Of a DNA stretch of 64,000 nt, positions 57,262-64,000 are shown piece by piece. Each line of letters starts with the position of its first letter. Within the stretch, counting starts at the first letter, position 1. Where the stretch lies: positions 3,495 through 67,494 of the forward strand of contig CAYXFU010000005.1 in the NCBI GenBank assembly GCA_964464375.1, in the 5' to 3' direction. The translations under genes and the position numbers were made by a program. The DNA comes from an uncultured Hyphomicrobiales bacterium. GTDB taxonomy: Bacteria > Bacteroidota > Ignavibacteria > Kapaibacteriales > UBA2268. Below the pieces are notes generated by a model. The model was given only the letters and a program-made list of their open reading frames with translations, was not told where the DNA came from and made no database searches.

Positions 57262-60126
57262 TCACTTTTCAAGTATTATACTCTTATACCTTTGGTATAA
57301 ATACGATACTGTGAGCAATATCAATCCTAAAGCGATGAATGAGATTATTCTGTACAAAGTTTCCAGGAATGATAAATCAAATACGAATACTTTAAGAATC
57401 GTTACACCAAACAGACCTATGGATAGTAGCCGTAGAAGCTTTATCCTTCGCCATATACCAATCATGAGCATAAATATAGAGTAAAAAATCCATATTCCCG
57501 ATAACGACAATTGTTGCATATTTCGGAATTTGCTTAATTCGCTGAAGATAAATTTGATATTATTATCATTGCTGGATTTATTGAGATTTTCAATTATCTT
57601 ATTGAAGTAATCGCTTGTTTCGGCACTTATCAGGATAACTATCATTAATATAAACATAATGAATAGAGTACCTGCGACCTTTTCCATCCAATTTGGATAA
57701 TCAATGTTTTTATTTGTAATGTTTAAAATTAATGCAGTAGAGATTATGACTATACTAAAAGCAAGGAACCTGTAATTCATAATTAAATTGAACTGATTGA
57801 TTGGATCAAAAGCAAATCCACCAAATACTGTTATTAATACACCAATAGCAATGCATCCTAAAGCTACATATATTGCAGGGTTTGTTTTTGTCTTGAAACC
57901 ATAATAAATCAAAGGTACAGAGTATATTACAAGAGAGAATGCATACGTTAAAGTACGATTAAAATAGATTGAATCTAGATTATATTTATGAGATAAATAT
58001 GCTAAATGTTCATGATAGACAGAAATTTCTGAACATATTGGAATGATTACAAAAAGAATGCATGTGGTAAATATAGCATTCGCAGCTTTTGAAAACCTTT
58101 GCGAATAATCCAAGCTCCTTTTGGTAATTACATAAATAATCGCAAGAGAAATAATAACAATCAGAAATGACAAAAAACTATAGTTCATGATAATTTGATA
58201 TGGTTCAGGCATTAGATATGTAGTACCTCCGATAAGAGTCACCACTACCCCAATACAAATGCTACCAAATGCAACATAGATTGCCGGTTCTGTTTTGGTT
58301 CTGAAACCATAATAAATGAGAGGAATGGCATAAATCAATAGCGAAAAGCCATAGGTCAGCTTTTGAGTAGATTCTATAAAGGAAGCATACTCCCAATTAG
58401 TAATGATTTGCAGATGTGTGTGATAATTAGTTATTTCATTAAAAATCAGATAAACCAGCGAAATACTCCAGAGATAGCTGTAAATTTCTGAGATATTCAA
58501 ATAATGTGTTTTATCCTGTTTCTTAAGCATGAAGCTACATAAAAAAGCCGCTACAGCTATTGAAAGAGAGGCAAACATCATTGGGTTAAGTATAATCCAA
58601 TAATTTCCAACTTTAGTATATTCCTGAGTATTAGAAATAATGAATTTGATAACAGCAAGTCCAAATGTTATCATTGTCAGTTTGTTCAGAACTTTTAGTT
58701 TTTTATTCAATCCGAAATACAAAAAGATCACTGCTTCACCGGCTAAGACTGCAACTGTTACATAATCTTTGAACTGTATAAAAGTAGCAATTACGAACAG
58801 AGCAGCGGATGAAATGAGTAATATATCTCTTCGTTGGGTATCTGAGGGATTCTTCAAGGATGATATCCGGAATAATCCGAAGTAAACAACTGCAATAATA
58901 AGTGTACACAGTCCCATCCAAGCATGATGATGTCCATCGACCACATAATTTAAATTAGAATAGAATATAACAAGGCTGATAACATTCGTGATTTTAAAAA
59001 TATCTGTATTCTTAATTTTACCTGAGTAAATAGCATAAAACTCAACTAAGACAAATAAAATCCAGAAAATGATAAGAAATATAGATGTAATCATTACATC
59101 CAATCTTGGATTATAATACTCACTGAACCATGCAAAATAAGTGAGATAAGTACCAACCAAAACCATCGGATAGATAAATTCCCATTCATTCTTTTTGATG
59201 AAAATGAGCAGAATACCAATATCAAGTAGAGAAACATAAGTAAAAAGTCCGATCTCATTTGCCTGACCGGTGCTGAGCATGAATGGAGTTAGAAAACCTC
59301 CAAGCCAGCCAAGAATCGCAACCGCCATTGAATTGTATTTGATTCCCAGCCAGAAAGTAAAAGCTGTAATTGCTGACATCATTATGAATGCAACAATCTG
59401 AGGGACCAAATGGTAAAAGTTAAAAGATGCAAATACTGATAGGAACAAAGTTGCTATACCGGCACCAATCAATCCTTGAGAGAATATTTTAAAATCCCGT
59501 TTATTAAATTGCCAGCCACCAATTATCAATGCAAAACCTGAAACAAAGCCAATTCCAACTCTTACCCATTCACTTATCCAGTTTTTATCGAAAGCATATT
59601 TGAGGAAAAAGCCGATACCGATTATCAATGCCAGAGAACCGATACGATTTAATAATTTGCCTCCAATCAACGATTCAAGTTCTTTGTTAGCAAACCAGTT
59701 TGTAGATGTTTTTCTTGGAGTTTCATTTATAAATGGAATACGTTCTTGCGGAATATCAACAGTGGGTACTTCCTGTTCTACTTTTATGTCAGGAATTTCA
59801 TCTTCAATCTCATTCTGTTGAATATATGTAAATTCTGAAACAGGCTCAACCATAGCGGGAATATTTATTTCACCGGGATCTACTGATTCTGTTATCTCAT
59901 CTGCTTGGATGACATGTTCTTGCTTCTCTGCTGATCTAGCTTCAGCATGCTGTTTAACAATTTCAGAATATGTATCGGTTTTAAAGAATTGTTGTTTCAG
60001 GAACCTGACATCATGGAAGAGCATCTTCAAATCATGTTCAACTTTACTAATTCTATTATGGTAAACCACAAGAACAATAATTGGTACAAGAAAGACAACT
60101 ATAACAATGAATATTACTCCGCCCAT
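57262..60126 (-). CDS. large polytopic membrane protein (DUF2339-like), >20 predicted TM helices
   Basis: 954 aa. N-terminal TM plus coiled region, acidic linker, then continuous hydrophobic helices with internal duplication (..IYYGFRTKTEPAIYVAFGSICIGV.. / ..IYYGFKTKTNPAIYVALGCIAIGV..). Confidence 0.7.
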   Translation of the reverse strand: MGGVIFIVIVVFLVPIIVLVVYHNRISKVEHDLKMLFHDVRFLKQQFFKTDTYSEIVKQHAEARSAEKQEHVIQADEITESVDPGEINIPAMVEPVSEFTYIQQNEIEDEIPDIKVEQEVPTVDIPQERIPFINETPRKTSTNWFANKELESLIGGKLLNRIGSLALIIGIGFFLKYAFDKNWISEWVRVGIGFVSGFALIIGGWQFNKRDFKIFSQGLIGAGIATLFLSVFASFNFYHLVPQIVAFIMMSAITAFTFWLGIKYNSMAVAILGWLGGFLTPFMLSTGQANEIGLFTYVSLLDIGILLIFIKKNEWEFIYPMVLVGTYLTYFAWFSEYYNPRLDVMITSIFLIIFWILFVLVEFYAIYSGKIKNTDIFKITNVISLVIFYSNLNYVVDGHHHAWMGLCTLIIAVVYFGLFRISSLKNPSDTQRRDILLISSAALFVIATFIQFKDYVTVAVLAGEAVIFLYFGLNKKLKVLNKLTMITFGLAVIKFIISNTQEYTKVGNYWIILNPMMFASLSIAVAAFLCSFMLKKQDKTHYLNISEIYSYLWSISLVYLIFNEITNYHTHLQIITNWEYASFIESTQKLTYGFSLLIYAIPLIYYGFRTKTEPAIYVAFGSICIGVVVTLIGGTTYLMPEPYQIIMNYSFLSFLIVIISLAIIYVITKRSLDYSQRFSKAANAIFTTCILFVIIPICSEISVYHEHLAYLSHKYNLDSIYFNRTLTYAFSLVIYSVPLIYYGFKTKTNPAIYVALGCIAIGVLITVFGGFAFDPINQFNLIMNYRFLAFSIVIISTALILNITNKNIDYPNWMEKVAGTLFIMFILMIVILISAETSDYFNKIIENLNKSSNDNNIKFIFSELSKFRNMQQLSLSGIWIFYSIFMLMIGIWRRIKLLRLLSIGLFGVTILKVFVFDLSFLETLYRIISFIALGLILLTVSYLYQRYKSIILEK

Positions 60127-60319
60127 AAATACTCTCCTTTGGCTTCCCGTAAATTTTTTTTATTAAATTACTGAAAAAAGGGGTAAAATTAAAAAATTAA
60201 CTAATCAATTGTTAGAATAATACTATTATTTTTTTAAAATCCGATAATTTTTGATAAATTTGAAAGATGCTAAGTAGCATTTTTGGTTGTATATTATTTG
60301 TCATTTATATAGATTTATC

Positions 60320-60985
60320 ATGAAGCTCATTTTTCTATTTAGTTCCATTTTTCTTGTGACTTTAAGCTTAACTACATCATCGAAAATTGCATCGTCACAT
60401 CATGACTTCAGCGGTCAATCTTGGGCGAACAACGAAATATGTATTGTTTGCCATACACCACATAATGCAAGCACAACGGTTACTGATGCTCCTCTCTGGA
60501 ACCATCAGGTTACTACAGCGACCTTTCAGGTTTATTCTAGTAATACACTAAATGCTACAATCGGTCAACCTATTGGTCCAACTAAATTATGTTTATCTTG
60601 TCATGATGGTACTGTTGCTTATGATAACTATGGAACTTCAACTAGTGGCTCTAGATTTATCTCAAGTACAAATGCAGGATACTTAGGAACTGATTTGAGA
60701 CACGAACATCCTGTTTCGTTTGAGTATAATACTGCATTAGCAGCATCAGATGGAGGACTTTACGACCCTTCAGCACAGTCTTCAGGTTTGGGTGGTACAA
60801 TTGCAAATGATTTACTTATGAATGGAAGATTAGAATGTACATCATGTCATGATGTGCACATTAAAAGAAATACTGCCGGCACTTGTACAGGTTGTCATAG
60901 TATTCATCCTATGAGAACAACATCTTTATCATTAAGAAAATCCAATACAGGGAGTGCATTGTGCCTAACATGTCATATAAAGTAA
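60320..60985 (+). CDS. small pentaheme c-type cytochrome (five CxxCH motifs), secreted or membrane-anchored
   Basis: N-terminal hydrophobic segment MKLIFLFSSIFLVTLSL. Heme-binding motifs CIVCH, CLSCH, CTSCH, CTGCH, CLTCH in ~200 aa. Confidence 0.8.
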   Translation: MKLIFLFSSIFLVTLSLTTSSKIASSHHDFSGQSWANNEICIVCHTPHNASTTVTDAPLWNHQVTTATFQVYSSNTLNATIGQPIGPTKLCLSCHDGTVAYDNYGTSTSGSRFISSTNAGYLGTDLRHEHPVSFEYNTALAASDGGLYDPSAQSSGLGGTIANDLLMNGRLECTSCHDVHIKRNTAGTCTGCHSIHPMRTTSLSLRKSNTGSALCLTCHIK

Positions 60986-60997
60986 AATCATTAATAA

Positions 60998-61025
60998 AAA
61001 GCCGCTTATAAAACGGCTTTTTTAT
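60998..61025. terminator. bidirectional rho-independent terminator (AGCCG-cttataaaa-CGGCT flanked by A5 / T5)
   Basis: Stem-loop between the cytochrome gene (+) and ftsY (-). Confidence 0.55.
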
Positions 61026-61032
61026 TAATTTC

Positions 61033-62025
61033 CTATTCTCCGAACAACGCATCTATAAAGGCTGTTGGACTGAACAGCTGCAGATCGTCTATCTTTTCAC
61101 CGACACCGATATAGCGAACAGGGATTTTTAATTCTGCGGCAATTGGAATAACGACTCCACCTTTGGCAGTTCCATCAAGTTTAGTAAGTACTATACCTGT
61201 GATCGGTGAGACCTTCATAAACTCCTTTGCCTGCTGAATTGCATTTTGTCCTGTTGTGGCATCTAGAACAAGATAAACATCCTCAGGTCCTTCGGGTTTC
61301 AATTTTTTGATTACACGAGAAATCTTGTCCAGCTCAGCCATCAGGTTCATCTTATTATGCAATCTTCCTGCCGTATCTATTATGACTACATCCAAATCAC
61401 GTGAAATTGCAGAATTAACAGTATCGTAAGCAACAGCGGCGGGATCAGCACCATGTTTCTGCTGAACAATCTGGACTCCGGCTCGGTCAGCCCATATTTC
61501 GAGCTGTTCATTAGCTGCAGCTCTGAAAGTATCTGCGGCACCAATAACAACAGATCTTCCGGCGTTTTTGTAATTATACGCAAGTTTACCGATTGTAGTA
61601 GTCTTTCCAACGCCATTAACTCCTACAACCAGAATTGTATGAGGTTTTCTTTCGGGATTGATATTATAGACAGCATCATTATGTGCAGAAGGTGACTTAA
61701 TGAGGATTTTCAGCAATTCATCTTTAAGAATATCAAAAACGTCTTCAGCATTCTCATGACCTTCTTTTTTAACTCTTTCGCGAACAGAATTGATGATTTG
61801 TTCCGATGTGTCAAATCCAATATCTGCGGTTATGAGTATCTCCTCAAGCTGAGTAAGTAATTGTGCATCTATCTTCCTGCCAACACCTAAAACTCCCTGA
61901 ATCCGGCTGAGAAATGTATCACGGGTTTTGCTAAGTCCGTCTTTTAATTTTGTAAATCCAAGTGCATCTGTTGTCGATTGTACAACAGAGCTTACTTTCT
62001 CTTTAAATCTATCGAATATTCCCAT
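61033..62025 (-). CDS. ftsY: signal recognition particle receptor FtsY
   Basis: NG domain (VVGVNGVGKTTTIGKLA, DTAGRLHNK, TKLDGTAKGG); 330 aa without the long acidic A-domain. Confidence 0.92.
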   Translation of the reverse strand: MGIFDRFKEKVSSVVQSTTDALGFTKLKDGLSKTRDTFLSRIQGVLGVGRKIDAQLLTQLEEILITADIGFDTSEQIINSVRERVKKEGHENAEDVFDILKDELLKILIKSPSAHNDAVYNINPERKPHTILVVGVNGVGKTTTIGKLAYNYKNAGRSVVIGAADTFRAAANEQLEIWADRAGVQIVQQKHGADPAAVAYDTVNSAISRDLDVVIIDTAGRLHNKMNLMAELDKISRVIKKLKPEGPEDVYLVLDATTGQNAIQQAKEFMKVSPITGIVLTKLDGTAKGGVVIPIAAELKIPVRYIGVGEKIDDLQLFSPTAFIDALFGE

Positions 62026-62433
62026 TAATTAATCTGTTTCGTAATAAAATGAATTACAAAAATATGAAATGATACTATATTAAAATAATATAAATTTAAA
62101 GTTTCTTTTCGATCGTGAGCTTCACATTTTAATTCATCAGTGAAAATCGAAATATATTAGCTAAAGATAATGCAAAGGCAATTCTATTCTTCTTTCTATC
62201 AATTTGTAATTGGTGCAATTTTACAATAATCAAATCATAAAATGATAAAATTCATTTAGTCAGAATATTTCTTATCGATTAATAAAATTTTCGTTTATTT
62301 TTGTAATCTTATTGGTCGAATATATTTAATCATTTGCAAGAATTTTTGAAACTTATTCTTCGATTGGTCGTTATTTCATATACAATCCATTTATAATTTT
62401 TTAATAATTTGTTTAACAAATTTATAAAACACT

Positions 62434-63723
62434 ATGCTAAAGAAATTAATTTTTATTCTAATGTTTTCCCTGCCATTGGCCGTATTTTCTCAGGAAGAAA
62501 TTTATCTTGCGAAAGCTCAACAAGCATTGAACAAAAAGAACTATACAGAAGCAATTAGTTTTTACTCTCAGGCTATTTCAGAGAATGACAAGAATCCGGA
62601 ATCATTCTACAACAGAGGTTTAGCCTATATGTTTATTCAAAGATTTGATGATGCTTTATCAGACTTTAATAGTGTTATCAAATTGGATACTACAGTAGTT
62701 GATGCTTTTAACAACCGTGGGTATCTTTTCTATCTTAATAGTCAATACGATTTTGCTTTGGATGATTTCAATAAGGCTATAAGTTTAGACAGTAAATTTA
62801 CAGAAGCTTATATCAATCGTGGTTCCAATTACATTGATATGAAAAAGTATAATGAAGCAATCACCGATCTCATCAAAGCTCAGTCCTTCGACAAAAAGAA
62901 TCCTTCGATTAATCTTGAACTTGGTCGTGCTTATTATAAGAAAAAGGAATATGAAAAAGCAATAGATAACTATTCAAAATCTATAAAAAAAGGTTTGAAG
63001 AACTCTAAAATTTATTATAATCGTGGAAATGCTTACTATAATTTAAAAGATTACAAGAATGCTATTAAAGACTATTCATTTGGAATCAAACTCGATTCTA
63101 CTGATGCCGAATGTCTGAATAACCGAGCGATTGCCTACGACAAAATTGGAGACACTGTGTCAGCTGAAAATGACAGGAAAAGATTAGGTACTTTGTCCGG
63201 GAATAGTGAAATGTTTGTTCCTTATGAAACGATTAAATACATACCTTTGAAGGATTCTACAGGAAGAATCAATTTTTCAATTCCATCTTCATGGAAAATG
63301 CATGAACTACAAACTGAAAAAGTATCTGAATTGATTGTTTCTCCGGAGCCTTTAGCACTTTTCACATCACCATTTAATGTTGGTGTGAGAATGTCATTGA
63401 ATTCGAATATGTTTAGTCAATATCAGATTGAGAATAAGGATTCTTTGCTTGAGTTTTGGCATGGAAGCATTCTACAGAATTCAAAAAATTACTTCTCATA
63501 TAATATTATGTCCGAGAAAGTACTTGTCAAAGGACAATACAAGGGCAGATTAAATAAAGTTTTGGTTCAATTTGATAAAGATGGTTATAAATATATCTTT
63601 TATGAATTCGGATTGGCAAAGGAAAATGAATTATTTTTTGCTTTTTTCCAGGTACCAGATAAGCAATACGAATACTTCGCCCCAATTTTTGAAAAAATTA
63701 TTGATTCAATTAATATAAACTAG
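62434..63723 (+). CDS. secreted tetratricopeptide-repeat (TPR) protein
   Basis: Signal peptide; at least six TPR units (W-LG-Y-A-F-A-P pattern, e.g. AISFYSQAISENDKNPESFYNRGLAYMF). Confidence 0.8.
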   Translation: MLKKLIFILMFSLPLAVFSQEEIYLAKAQQALNKKNYTEAISFYSQAISENDKNPESFYNRGLAYMFIQRFDDALSDFNSVIKLDTTVVDAFNNRGYLFYLNSQYDFALDDFNKAISLDSKFTEAYINRGSNYIDMKKYNEAITDLIKAQSFDKKNPSINLELGRAYYKKKEYEKAIDNYSKSIKKGLKNSKIYYNRGNAYYNLKDYKNAIKDYSFGIKLDSTDAECLNNRAIAYDKIGDTVSAENDRKRLGTLSGNSEMFVPYETIKYIPLKDSTGRINFSIPSSWKMHELQTEKVSELIVSPEPLALFTSPFNVGVRMSLNSNMFSQYQIENKDSLLEFWHGSILQNSKNYFSYNIMSEKVLVKGQYKGRLNKVLVQFDKDGYKYIFYEFGLAKENELFFAFFQVPDKQYEYFAPIFEKIIDSININ

Positions 63724-63724
63724 C

Positions 63725-64000
63725 ATGGAAAAATCTTTGATCATTATCGCTTCTCCAAGCGGTGGCGGTAAATCGACTGTTGCAAAGCATTTATTAAAAG
63801 TTTTCACACTTGAGTTTTCTATCTCTGCCACAACACGTACTAAACGTCCGGGTGAAGAACATGGCAGGGAGTATTATTTTATTTCAAATGATGAATTCAA
63901 GTATAAGATTGAAAACGAGGAATTTGTTGAGTATGAAGAAATATTTGGGAACCAATACGGCACATTAAAATCTGAAATCGATAAAGCACTTCTTAATAAT
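63725..64000 (+). CDS. gmk: guanylate kinase (partial, 3' end outside window)
   Basis: LIIIASPSGGGKST (P-loop), SISATTRTKRPGEEHGREYYFIS, GNQYGT. ATG at 63725, 1 nt after the upstream stop. Confidence 0.85.
   Translation, partial: MEKSLIIIASPSGGGKSTVAKHLLKVFTLEFSISATTRTKRPGEEHGREYYFISNDEFKYKIENEEFVEYEEIFGNQYGTLKSEIDKALLNN

Noticed and set aside
57191-57484. 97-aa plus-strand ORF
   Set aside because: It starts inside the long palindromic element and runs antisense into the DUF2339 gene. There is no RBS and composition is repeat-driven.
1-64000. CRISPR arrays, transposases, integrases, restriction-modification or toxin-antitoxin genes, prophage structural genes
   Set aside because: No regularly spaced direct repeats were seen. 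No translation resembling DDE/serine/tyrosine recombinases, methyltransferase motifs (DPPY/FxGxG) or phage capsid/terminase proteins was found in any frame examined.

Overview
This is a 64-kb, densely coding chromosomal segment from a low-GC bacterium (GC judged by eye, not computed). It is Gram-negative and most likely of the FCB group (Bacteroidota- or Ignavibacteriota-like): two proteins carry T9SS (Por) C-terminal sorting domains, and there is a TonB-dependent receptor and OmpA/TolB-like proteins. Most of the window is core housekeeping: initiator tRNA-fMet, an AddA-like helicase-nuclease, moaA-moaC-MOSC, lpxH, gltX, nusB, recG, an SRAP abasic-site peptidase, ffh, rpsP, glgP, tsaC, ptsH-ptsI, ftsY and gmk. 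I found no CRISPR array, transposase, integrase or prophage genes. The most unusual content is: (1) two paralogous three-gene cassettes of ECF sigma factor, a putative single-TM anti-sigma protein whose C-terminal half looks like an outer-membrane beta-barrel with a terminal Phe beta-signal, and a lipoprotein; the second cassette is flanked by leucine-rich-repeat proteins and T9SS cargo; (2) an archaeal-type Glu-tRNA(Gln) amidotransferase gatE-gatD operon in this bacterial context, with gltX in the same window; (3) a ~170-bp nested imperfect palindrome (MITE/REP-like) in a convergent intergenic region; (4) a single short-chain CHR (chromate-type) transporter translationally coupled to moaA, just downstream of a higher-GC decayed patch containing a frameshifted carboxymuconolactone-decarboxylase-family pseudogene and the tRNA-fMet gene. 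All calls are from reading the sequence and ORF translations only; no database search was possible.
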